64,000 bases of DNA, from the NCBI GenBank assembly GCA_032718475.1, contig JAUCBJ010007002.1:9028-73027 (forward strand), in the 5' to 3' direction. Shown here piece by piece: positions 26,648 through 37,871 of this stretch. Every line of letters begins with the position of its first letter. Positions within the stretch are counted from its first letter, which is position 1. The DNA comes from Nemertoderma westbladi (Eukaryota; Animalia; Xenacoelomorpha). The position numbers and the translations under genes are program-made. Under the pieces are notes generated by a model that made no database searches, was not told where the DNA came from, and saw nothing but the letters and a program-made list of their open reading frames with translations.

Positions 26648-28209
26648 CCCTATTAGTACCGGGCTATAAAATGTTGTACAAATACCGGGAGGGGGTCATA
26701 TTGACCACCCCCTCTAAAATCTACAAATATTTACGAAAACGTCTGATTTTTTGTTTGTACGTAGGTATCACTTGTCTGGATCCGACCGAAAAAAAAAATT
26801 TTCGAAAAAATGTACTGGGGTGGTTATATTGCAGCACCAAACTTACAAGTAGTGCACAATTTTCACCAAATTTGAAAGTTACATTTTCGGCTAATTATTT
26901 TTCAATACAGGTTTTCTGGGGCGCAAAATACATTGGAGAATATTAAAAAATGATATGATTACTATAAATGGCTGTTTAGTCCTCTCTGCGTAGGAAAAAA
27001 ATGAAAAAAACAAGTAACCAGCACTTTTCAGTTAGAACACAAAATTTTTAATTCACTTATACGATGCTATAAATTCACATTTTTAGGTTTTCGAGGGCGC
27101 TGATTCTAATGGAATACATTTCTAATATGCCAGATCATTGCTACTTGTATTTTTCGGCGAAATTTGGCAAATTTTGGTGCTAGCACCAAATTTCGTACCC
27201 ATCACCAAAAAGTACAAGTTTGCGATGTCCAGTGCTGTTTTTATTGATTCCATCGGATTCAGGACCCTCATAAACCCGTATAACGCAAGAAACAAGGTGA
27301 TACTATCTACTTATCAATTTGCATATTTTCCAAAATTTGGTGCTGGCACAACAATTTTCACCCACCGGCGAAAAATAAAAGTTTGAGAACTCTTATGAAA
27401 TTTTTACTGATTCCATTGAATTCAGAACCATCACAAACCCGTATAACGCAAGAAATAAGGTGACACAATCAATTGATATATCTGATGGTTTTCAAAATTT
27501 GGTGCTTGCACCACATTTTGCACCCACATCCGAAAAATACAAGTTTGAGATGTCTAGTTCAATAATTATATTTTCCATTGAATTCAGAACAGCCATAAAC
27601 CTCTAAAACGCAAGAAATAAATTGACACAAGCAATTTTATCTATTGAATGGATTTTCAAAATTTCGTGCTAGCACCAAAATTTGCACACAGCACCGAAAA
27701 ATACAAGTTTGATACGCTTGGTGCAACTCGTATATATTTCATCGAATCCAGAAACCCAAAAAACCCCAATTGCGTAAAAAACAAGTTTCAAACGATCAAT
27801 TTACAAAATTGACTTATTTCAAAATTTGGTGCTGGCACCAAAATTTGGCACCCACCGAAAAAAACAAGTTTGAAATTTCTAAATCAATTTATATGAATTC
27901 CATCAAATTTCTAACACCAAAAAACCGGTGTAAATCAAAAATAGAGATGTTACAATTCATATTTAATGAAATGTAATTTTCAAAAAACGTCTCAAAAAAA
28001 GTGCCAAAAGTAGGGTTAAAAAATGGTGCTATAACTCGAAAAGTACCCAATATTTACGTACCCAACGGTTTTCACTACTAGGAAGACAATAGATTTTTAG
28101 GAAAAGTCATACAATTTCAGATTCCCAACTGCGTTTGTTTCAGAATTATAATAAAAAAACCACGGAGGGGGTCATATTGACCCCCCCCTCCCCCCCGGGT
28201 TTAATAGGG
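26648..28209. mobile_element. Non-autonomous piggyBac-like DNA transposon (MITE) F, 1562 bp
   Basis: TTAA duplicated at 26644-26647 and 28210-28213; termini CCCTATTAGTACCGGG and CCCGGGTTTAATAGGG; subterminal GGGGGTCATATTGACC at both ends; removal restores the A integrase frame. Confidence 0.92.
27150..27930. repeat. About five degenerate ~163-bp tandem units inside F
   Basis: TTTGGTGCTNGCAC...AAGTTTGA cores near 27173, 27335, 27498, 27662 and 27825. Confidence 0.75.
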
Positions 28210-28213
28210 TTAA

Positions 28214-28782
28214 TGGAGGAAATCGCCGCCTATATCAACGAGAGACCGCTTATGCCAGTCTCATCGAGTCCCGATTCCCTGGAAGCGCTAACACCTGCGC
28301 ACTTCCTACTGAAGAAACCTGTAGCCATGCTCCCACGATCGGAAATCACGGACGGAGACGAATACTGCCGGCAAACTTGGCAACTTATGCAGTTGTTATC
28401 CCGTCGTTTCGCTGACCATTTCGAAAAACATTATCTGCCTACGCTACAACTTCGAACTAAGTGGTTTGCGCAGCAAGAAAACGTCAGCGCCGGAGACATG
28501 GTCCTTATTGTGGAGTCAGATCTTCCACGTAAGCGGTGGCAGACGGGTCGTATCATCGAGACTCATATCTCAGATGACGGTTTGGTGTGATCGGTAGAAC
28601 TCGTCGTCATGCGACGTAACTTCAAGAAACCGGGAATCGAGACGCAGCAACTCAATCGCCCAGTTGGTCGTTTATGTTTACTGGAAAGAGACAGAGAACT
28701 CTCCGGAAACTATGGAAGGCAAGATACTCTTCCCACGACCACTTCTCTAATCCAACAAACATCTAGGGACTCCCCAACGTGA
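28214..28782 (+). pseudogene. pol: A integrase C-terminal half (TGA at 28588, natural stop at 28780)
   Basis: INERPL, LTPAHFL, YLPTLQLRTKW, GDMVLI, DDGLV*SVEL, RPVGRLCLLE; same end as in C. Confidence 0.9.
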
Positions 28783-30428
28783 CAGCGTCTGGAGTGGGTG
28801 TGTGACTATATTATTTTATATTTTATTTTTATATTTATGTATGTATTATTACGTAATTTTTATTATAATCGTTTTATTTAATTTTCTTTAGTAGAATGTT
28901 ATTTTAGCGATTATTTAGTAGATTAGTGCCATATATATATTAGTTAATTATTACTTAATTTACTCATAATATATATTTAGTGCGACGGCGAGAAATAATT
29001 CTTTTTCTCTTTCCTTACTGTCCGTATCATATTATAAATACGTGACTACAGTAAGATGAAATCTCCGAACTTATTAAAGTACAATAAAGCTCCTACTATA
29101 TTCAAGTATTATTGGTAGGCAGAGTATTAGGAATGCAAATTTCAGATCCTCGTGTCTCGGCTAAACCAAGCTCTGGGTAGACCTTGGAAACGACTTGCCT
29201 CTTCTCACTGACATTGCTTCGTGCGATATTGCTCTCATACCGTATATTAAATAATACATATAGTAGCGTGATGTCCCTTTAACAGTAGCGTGAAACGCAA
29301 AATAAATCTGTTAAACCCTTTGACCATCTGTAATTCTAGTCGATTAAGATATCGCGGCACCCACCGATATACTTGAAAGACAAAATTCTAGAATCAGTGG
29401 TTAACGTCCCCAGACAAGTTCTGGAATAATTCGGTGCCCATCTTAAATATTGATTATTTAATATTTATAAAAATCTGTCAAAATTCCGATCCTTTAAAAA
29501 TTCTAGTCGATTAAGATATCGTAGCACTTACCGGTATTCTTAAAAAGACAAATTTCCTAGAATTAAGGATCCTAGTTCCCAGACATGCTCTGGAATAAAA
29601 TTGCGTCAATTTAATATTAAATAATAAAATCTACGGGAATAAATTAAATTCATATCCTTTCATGAATTTGATAAATTGTCATTTATACAATTTATAACAT
29701 TCCCAAAATTCCATTAATTAATAGATCATGGGAGCGGTGATTCACCCTATTAAGAGTATTAGTGTGCGAGAATCTCCAATATATAGTCAATAGCCGATAA
29801 AATTCATAAAATCATATATAAAGGGGAATATTGACAATTAAAGAATTACTATTAAATAGCATTCCAGATCTGTATGCATGAGAATTACCCTAATTCTATT
29901 GCTAGCTTTCCATAATGTCACCATAGCAACAACCACGCTAGAATTAGAAGCGAGTTAAAAGAACAATAAAAAACTGGCCCATTGAATAACATACGGAATA
30001 GATAGCACACTGCTAGTATCCAGAGATACATAATAATAACATGACATTCTGGAAGGCACTTGACTAACGGACAAATGACCCGAATGTGTGACAGAATGTG
30101 TACAATTTGTGACAGTTGCGTGGAATTTGTGCGTTTGTAGGTGAATGTTACTACTAAGGTGTGTTTACAGTAGCGAGTCGCAGTTGTGAAAGTAGCCCTA
30201 CCTCTGTAGCAAGAACCTGAAGTAAATCTTGGCCCTTGGGACGGACAGTGGAGTGACTCGCGCTGAGTATTGTTGTCGTTGTGTAGCTACTACGTTGGCG
30301 ATAGACACGGCGGCGACAGTACATCAGCGCTGAGGATCTTGCACTGTCCGGGGGCAGTGAGGGGTAGGCAGCAACGCCCGCTAGCCTAATATAATTAATT
30401 ATAATATTGATAAACTCATATAGCAACG

Positions 30429-31388
30429 ATGACTGAGTTGATAGAAGATGATCTTGGTATCAGGGAGTGATATACCTTACCGTTACAAGCGTTTGTTGAT
30501 AGCTTCATACGCGGCGATGCTAGTCCAGCTACTACGGAGGACGATGGTCGTTATATCGAACCGCCAATGTCCAAGGAACAACTCCCGCGTGAATTGGACT
30601 ATAGAAAATTCACCGCTCGATATACGCAGCGTAATGGTACGTATATGGACCTCTTAACTACTGGTCATCCTATCGATTTACACGATATGGACGATATAGA
30701 CACCAAAGGGGAAATGGTTCTATTTAAATATCATACCCAGCGGAGTCGGAACGATAAACCGAGAATCGAACATGAGAATTCTATTCGAAACCGACTCGAA
30801 AGAGAAGACGTTGAAGAGCCAGATAAACGGAGTAACTTCAGCGAATATCGGGAATTCTTGAGAGAAACCTATCTCAATATTGCCAGTCAACAAAATCTAG
30901 AAACTCGATATCCTCAAGGTATACATCATGACCCTATGATAGAACTCAAACAACTCTATTTCACTATGATGTATCTTACCGCCGATCGACCGCTACCTGT
31001 TGTACCGGATAGCTTCGAACAGATGGAGGAATATTGTAAAACTGGAGAAAGATCACTCGCGTTTCCCCTACAAGACGTGCATCTTTGGTATTATTGCGAT
31101 GAATGCCCTAGACCCAACCAACAAACGGAAAGACATAAACATCCGCGGAAACGTTGCGCTAAACACAGTTTTACTCACTATACTTACGGGAGTTTCGAGC
31201 GAAACTTGTTTGACGTATCACCTATGCTCGTTCGACTCAGATGATCCTTAAATAAACCGATGATCAGAGTTCCGGAATACTCGATCAGACCTCCTCATTC
31301 CCTAATGAGACCTCAGACTCTTGATCCTAATAGTATGACGGATCCTCCCGAGCTGTACTCACTGTTCAAAGATCTAGTGTTACCCTAA
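30429..31388 (+). pseudogene. Accessory ORF of unknown function downstream of pol in A (~319 aa, two TGA stops that are CGA in C)
   Basis: Single frame from MTELIEDDLG to DLVLP*; homologous frame present in C. Confidence 0.75.
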
Positions 31389-32032
31389 CAATTAGTCGGT
31401 GGCACTCCGGTTGTGGGCTCCCTAGATATTCGCCCATCCCACCTAGCTGGACTGGGACGCGGACATTTAATATTGCCGTTTAACCCGTATAATCGTCCCG
31501 GTTTAACACCGATACAACCTGTCACCCAGGTGGAGGAGAGCGTTGTACGAAACGCGTTAGACGCTATTCTACAAAAGATCAGAAAAGGAACCTACATTTG
31601 TTCAGATAAATGTAAATTGCAGCAGCAAGTCCAAGCGGTAAACGAATTAGCTTTATCTCAGTTCGATCAGGAAATCCAGAATCTCTAAGAAGTTATCGAA
31701 CTTGGACGACCCTATTCTCCTCGAGAGTTTTCGGACGAATGCATCCAACGACCAGCGGAGGAAAATCAGCTCGAGGAGAAGCATATCGAATTGGATGAGA
31801 CACAGACCGTAACCCTAAACCTTCTGATGCAATTGTATTGCACCCTTCACCCAGGAGTTGTGGCCCTCCTAGTAAAGTGGCTCGCCCCAAAGAGAAAGGG
31901 ACTCTTGCTAGCCTCAAAAAACTGCGTAAACGCCGTCCGCGCAAGAAAGACTAACTGTTTAGAGTATTTTTATATTTTAGAAACTGTGATTTTTTATATT
32001 TTATAGAATCAAATCCCATTTTCTGGGAGCGG

Positions 32033-33186
32033 TGTAAAAGCTTTTGCGGCTATAACTAGTCATTTTTCCCGCAAAGTACTCTGTAGTTGTTTTAGAGGAC
32101 ATAAAAAGCCATTTTTCTGTATGTGTCCTTTGGCGGACATAACAAGCCATTTTAAGCCGCAATGCGTCAAAATACTCTTAATACAGTGTAGTTCCAATGA
32201 CGAAATCTGTCAGCTGATTTGCTGACGTGGAACTTTCCCTTGTGCTCTGGGTTCTTTGTTCGGCTCAGCTAGGCTCAGCCAATCAGAGCAATTTTCATTT
32301 TTCTTGGAAAAGAGCTATGTAAGCCGGGCAAGTCTGTGTATGTGGCAGTAGTTGTGTTTACCTTTCCTGAGCCCAGAACATCGGCTTTGGAATTATCCTT
32401 AGTTTCAGACTTTAGCCAAACATTCGACGGCTTTGATTATAGAAGCGTATAACTGTTATCAAACCACACAGCAGACCCACCGCATTATTTTACTATTTAC
32501 TGCTATTTACTGTCGGTTATTAATCATTATATGTGTTGATGGATATGTTGTTATATTTAGAGAATATCGATGAATAATCATAAAACCCCAATCTTCTTGA
32601 TATACTGAAGGTTAGAGAGACTGGTTACCTGTAGCAACTGCAACTTACATTACAATGGTTTTGGAGTGAATTAAATGCTATTTCACAGTCCCTACAGGTG
32701 TCAGTTGTTATTCTCTTTATATATGATCAAATTCAGTGACGGTCGGCAGGTCAGTGTGCAGTATTGTGCGGTGGTGTGCATGAGTGTGACAGATAACAAA
32801 GCATCTCCTAAAGAATGCGCTTTATATGACAATCATTAGCCATCCCATTGTGTTTAGTGTAAGCCATAACTCTGTTTATATACTTAGAGCGCCACGTCCT
32901 AAAGGAACTGTTAATATTTCCCGAAAGTAAATAATATTTGTCAGAGATTATATTAATGACCAATCGAATAGTACAGTAGGCCTACACCGCAATAAGGTCA
33001 GAGCCTCTGAATCCAGTCTCCCTTAACAGTGGGTGAATGGTCGCGCATAGGCTGGTTTCAGCTAGTGTAACTTTATATCGTACATGTAACAAATACTTGT
33101 TATATGCTAAAGTCGATTTATAAACTAAGACTAGAAGACACCTAAAATTAGCGGGTTAAACTGCTAAGAGTCTAAAAGCGCGAACA
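32033..33186 (+). repeat. 3' LTR of A (1154 bp)
   Basis: PPT at 32025-32032; TGTAAAAGCTTTTGCGG start and AAAGCGCGAACA end shared with the C LTRs; interior diverged. Confidence 0.88.
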
Positions 33187-33187
33187 A

Positions 33188-34241
33188 GTGATGCAAACCG
33201 ATGCCAGTAACTCTACCGGTACCGGTACAACGCCGGTACCCCAAAAGTTCAGACTACCCGAATTTTATGCAAAAGATGCTAGAATCTGGTTTCATGCTTC
33301 TAAAAAGTCCAATCTTCTAGCCGCTCTGCCGACGGAAACTATTTTAGATGCTGGCGTTAACGTGCTAGATTCGTTTGAGACAATTAAGCAAAATATAATA
33401 TCTCATCTTGCTGATAGTGATGACTGCCGACTGCGTCAGTTGCTTGCGGCCCAGGAGTTGGGTGATAGAAAACCATCTGCAGCACTCCGACAGATGACTC
33501 GACTGGCACCGGGTAACGAACAAATTGTGCGATTACGTTTTTTGGAAATTCTACCCCAAACTGTGGGAATAGTTCTCAGTTCGCTCGATAAACTCTCGTT
33601 GGACGATCTTGCAGAAGTGGCTGACAAGATGGTAGAACAGCAGCAGTTTCAAAACACTGCGAGTTTCTCAACATCATCCTCTACTAACTCAATTCTCCAA
33701 TAAGCCAATTTCTCGAGTTTCTGATTCGACGATTCCAGATTCGCAGCGTCTACTGTGGCAATCTCAACAGGCGCTGACAGAACAGGTCGCACAAATTGCT
33801 AGCCAACTTCGCGATTTGACAAATCAAAGTCGTAGTAGATCGCGTTTGCGTTCGCGTCCGGGATATAGGAGCCGGAGTTATTCTCAACATCGGGGGTCGG
33901 ACTTGCGGACAAGTCGGTCGAGAGAGAGAAACCCGCAACCCCGACAATACGATACGAGAGGACCGTGGTGTGAGCAACATTTCCTTCATCGTTCGGAAGC
34001 CCCAAGTTGCATACCACCATGCTCATTCCGCCAGTCCTCATCGCGACGACATCCGATCAGAGGCGATAATAATGGAGATTCGGGATCGGTTAACGCAGTC
34101 CACATTTCGGCGTCGCCTGTAGGTCAGTTCCTAGTAGATTCTGGTAGTGACTTCTCCATACTTCCCCAGATGTATGGAAAATATTTAAGCGATAAGCGGC
34201 CCTCAATGAATATAAATTTAACAGCCGCAAAATTTGTCTAA
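33188..34241 (+). pseudogene. gag: D gag and start of protease (stops and frameshifts)
   Basis: LPEFYAKDARIWF, LGDRKPS, RS-rich tract, WCEQH...CIPPC, FLVDSGS. Confidence 0.85.
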
Positions 34242-37200
34242 AATCCCAACTTTTGGGGAAGGTTTATTGCGTTTTGAGTTGCCATGTTTAGGCAATAAAG
34301 AGTTCTCTTGGCGGTTTATTTTAGCAGAAGTTAGCCAACCTATTTTGGGTCTTGATTTTCTGCAAGCCCATAATATTAGTATCGATTGTAGATCCAAACA
34401 AATTTATGTGCAAGTAACTTCAGATAACGGTGTACAAAGTGGTAGTATCAATTCTATATCCAATTCTCAATGTTCAGCAGACAATTTCTGGTTTGAAACT
34501 GTCTTTAAATTAGGCAGTAAAACATTGGTTTTGTGTTTATTGACAGTATTATCCATATTGTTGAATTGTTTAACTAAACCCATATTTTCACGCGGTTTAT
34601 TTGGTGTATGTTTCATATTATTAATGTTCAATGTGTTTGGTGTAGCACACGCAGTCTCCCATACAGTAGCTAATGGTATTTCTTCCGGTACCACAAACCT
34701 TAGCTCGTCAATCAGTTTCCCACCCATGCAAAGTGGTAATATCTTATTGGTAAATGATAAAAACCGGTTGAATTCTTTGCTGGAACAGTACAGTATGGTA
34801 TTTAAGGATAAACTAGCTAGTGAACCAGTGAGGCATTCGGTAGAGCACCACATTCAAACTACAGGCCCTCCATGTTTTTCTCGTCCCCGTCGTTTATTTG
34901 GCAAAAAGTTAGTAGCTGCACAGGATGAGTTTGATTGGTTACTGAAACAGGGTGTAATATCTCGTGCAGAGTCGCCTTGGTCTACTCCATTGCATATAGC
35001 AGACAAACCAGGTGGAGGACATAGACCTTGTGGAGATTACCGTGCACTAAATAAACAGACCATACCAGACACATATCCGATGACATTGCAAATCGTTTTA
35101 ATGGATGTAAACTTTTTTAGTAAAATAGACCTAAAGAAAGCTTTTCACCAAATACCTGTGGCAGAGGACGATATTGTCAAAACATCCATAGTGACACCGT
35201 TTGGACTTTTTAAATTTAATAGAATGCCTTTCGGCTTACGAAATGCGAGTCAAACCTTCAGAGATTGCTTGATATGACGTTAAGTGATTTGCCGTGTGCT
35301 GTAGGATACGTCGATGATGTGTTAATCGGTAGTCCCAATGAGGAACAGCACTATCGAGATCTGAAGAGCATCTTGGAGCGTTTAAAGGCAAAGGGATTAA
35401 CAGCCAATAAAAGTAAATGTGCATTTCTGGTTTCTGAAGTGAAATTTTTAGGATATTTCATTTCGAATGATGGTATAAAACCAAACCCTGGTAAGCTAGA
35501 AGCTATTGACCAGTTTAACAAACCTGACAGCGTGTATTCTTTACGGAGATTTCTCGGTATGTGTGGTTTTTATCACCGATTTGTGCCTAATTTCTCTAAG
35601 ATTGCAGCACCCCTTACAGATCTCACTCGAAACAAAAAGAAGAAAGATTCTTTAGAGTGGAATGAATCTGCAAATAATTCATTTATTGAAATGAAATTAG
35701 CATTAAAAGCAGCAGTAACTTTATCATTTCCAGTTCCCAATGCTAAAGTTTCGTTAACCACAGATGCTTCTAATGTTGCATTGGGCGCTGTAGTGCATCA
35801 AGAAGTTGATAATAATCTAGAACCACTGTGTTTCTATTCACGAAAACTAACATCTAGCGAGAGTAAAAAATCTGCCTTCGATAAGGAATTATTAGCTATT
35901 TATTCGGCGTTAAAGCACCATGAATGGCTTTTAGGTCAGGAGCTCACGATTTATACGGATCACAAACCCCTACTAAGGTGTCTAGAAATGAAAAATCCCA
36001 CACCGCAACAGGCTCGCTGGATATCCTAAATATCGGAATTTAACGCACAGATAGAACACGTAGCAGGTGCAGAAAACATTGTAGCCGATGCACTGTCAAG
36101 GACATGTTCAGTTATTAACTTTGATAATGAAACTTATGTGGAGTTGGCAAAGGCACAGTTGGTTGATGAAAAGTTACAAAAATTCTTCACTCAAACAACT
36201 ATCCCTTTGAAATGCATAGTTGTATATAATGGAATGCAACTTTTTTGTGATGAGAGTTGTTCAAGTATGAGACCATATTTACCTGAAAAATTTCGAAAGC
36301 AATTATTCCATAAATTTCATGATGTATCCCATCCCGGATTTAGAGCATCATTGAAATTAATTGCCGAACGATACATTTGGCCGAGTATGAACAAGGATGT
36401 GAAAGAATGGTCTCGAAATTGCCAAAATTGTCAAATTTCAAAAACGACACTACATACGAAAACACCGATTGGAAGCATTCCAACCGATGGCCGATTTGAA
36501 ACAGTACATATTGATTTAGTCGGTCCGTTGCCACCATCCTGTGGTTATCGGTATTTGCTGACAATAATTGACCGTTTTACTAGATGGCCAGAGGTGGTGC
36601 CCATTAGGGATATAACAACAGATTCAGTAGCAAAAGGATTTCTTTTCCATTGGATTAGTCGATTTGGTGTGCCTAGAACAATAGTTACGGATAGAGGGTC
36701 ACAGTTTGAGTCAGGACTGTGGAGTAGTTTGATGAAAGAATTGGGAATAAAACGGCGTCGGACTACTGCATATCACCCTGCATGTAATGGAGCCATAGAG
36801 AGGTTCCACAGACAGCTAAAGGCTTCCTTAAGGGCAAAGTGTAACTCATCTGGCTGGTTCAATGAACTGCCGTTAGTATTGTTAGGATTGCGCTCTGTAA
36901 CCGGAATTCATAAATATTCTCCTGCTCAGTTAACATATGGAGCTGAGTTGTGTTTACCTGGAAGATTTTTTGAAGAAACTTCAGGGAATAATTCCCCGGA
37001 TATTCCTAATTTTGTTGATAGGTTGTTCCTAAAAATGGATTCTTTTTCTCCACCAATCAGGAAACATTCTGGAAAGGACCATATTCCGAGCCAATTAAAA
37101 AACTCGTCGCATGTCTGGATAAAAGATGCTATCAAAAGGTCATCACTTGCACCTTTGTACATGGGGCCTTATAAGGTTGTTTCGATGACTGACAAAACCG

Positions 37201-37349
37201 TGACAGTATTGCGTCATAACGTGGAACAAGTCATCTCTCTGGATAGAGTAAAGCCCGCGTGTATTTCTGGGGAAAATTTAACTGTGTTAATCAAACCCAT
37301 GAAACGTGTGCGATTTAATTTACTAATAAACGTGTTTGAAAAACGTTAA
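34234..37349 (+). pseudogene. pol: D pol: end of protease, RT, RNase H, integrase (frameshift near 35270, TAA at 36027)
   Basis: ILGLDFL, RPCGDYRALN, KIDLKKAFHQIP, MPFGLRNA, YVDD, TTDAS, YTDHKPL, HDVSHPG...[31 protein letters not shown]. Confidence 0.92.
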
Positions 37350-37660
37350 TTAAGATAATATTTGTATTATAATAATACTTAATTTCGACTCCTTATATAA
37401 TTATAATAGTTGTGTGTATCAATTAACATTTGTTTTTGTGCTTTTGACTTACGTTAATTATATATTTGTATTATAATGCGTAATTACTAATTTCATAATG
37501 TAACCTTTAGGATACACAAAATTATGTGTATATAGTAGTATTGGTTTATATTAGTATTAGTTTATATTAGTATTAAGTAGTACATGTAATAATGTGTGCA
37601 CTGTAATTAACATTTATTTTTTGTGAACTACTGCGCTCCGCTTATTTTTGGAGGGTGTAG

Positions 37661-37871
37661 TGTAAAGTAGCTTGATTTAATACTACCTAGGATATTCATC
37701 CCAATAAGTATAACACTGACTGCAGTACTGTAGTGTGCATACATTTTGAGTTCCATATTCAACTACCGGTACTCGACTGTAATACTGAACACAGAATTAC
37801 AAAGGTTAAATAAAAATATACAAAGATACATTTGGTGACTGTTTTCAGCAGTATCAATATAGATACTTACA
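37661..37871 (+). repeat. Putative 3' LTR of D (~211 bp)
   Basis: Follows a purine tract; TGTAAAGTA...TACTTACA inverted ends; internal AATAAA; no partner LTR in the window, so the ends are inferred. Confidence 0.6.

Larger units (their letters stand above)
1..33186 (+). mobile_element. BEL/Pao LTR retrotransposon A; 5' LTR lies left of the window; interrupted by B (7244-25411) and F (26648-28209)
   Basis: Gag-PR-RT-RH-IN order with Pao motifs. Reading frames rejoin across both insertions (SKALI|NNKLKVPRAEL and ELLRTL|MEEIAAYINERPL). PPT GGGAGCGG precedes a 3' LTR TGTAAAAG...GCGAACA that is homologous to the LTRs of C. Confidence 0.93.
33187..37871 (+). mobile_element. Gypsy/Ty3 LTR retrotransposon D (3' portion; 5' end displaced out of the window by A)
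   Basis: gag-PR-RT-RH-IN order; PPT-like GGAGGGTGTAG followed by a putative LTR. Confidence 0.88.

Noticed and set aside
26263-26946. Integrase with a novel C-terminus (similarly the tail of ORF 7913-10303 and the heads of ORFs 25364 and 28135)
   Set aside because: These are read-through chimeras across insertion junctions.
30429-32006. env gene
   Set aside because: No signal peptide or clear fusion-protein architecture; reported as an unknown accessory ORF instead.
37831-37845. TTTGGTGACTG as a PBS marking a 5' LTR of another element
   Set aside because: No gag follows, and the inverted end TACTTACA at 37871 fits better as the end of D's 3' LTR.
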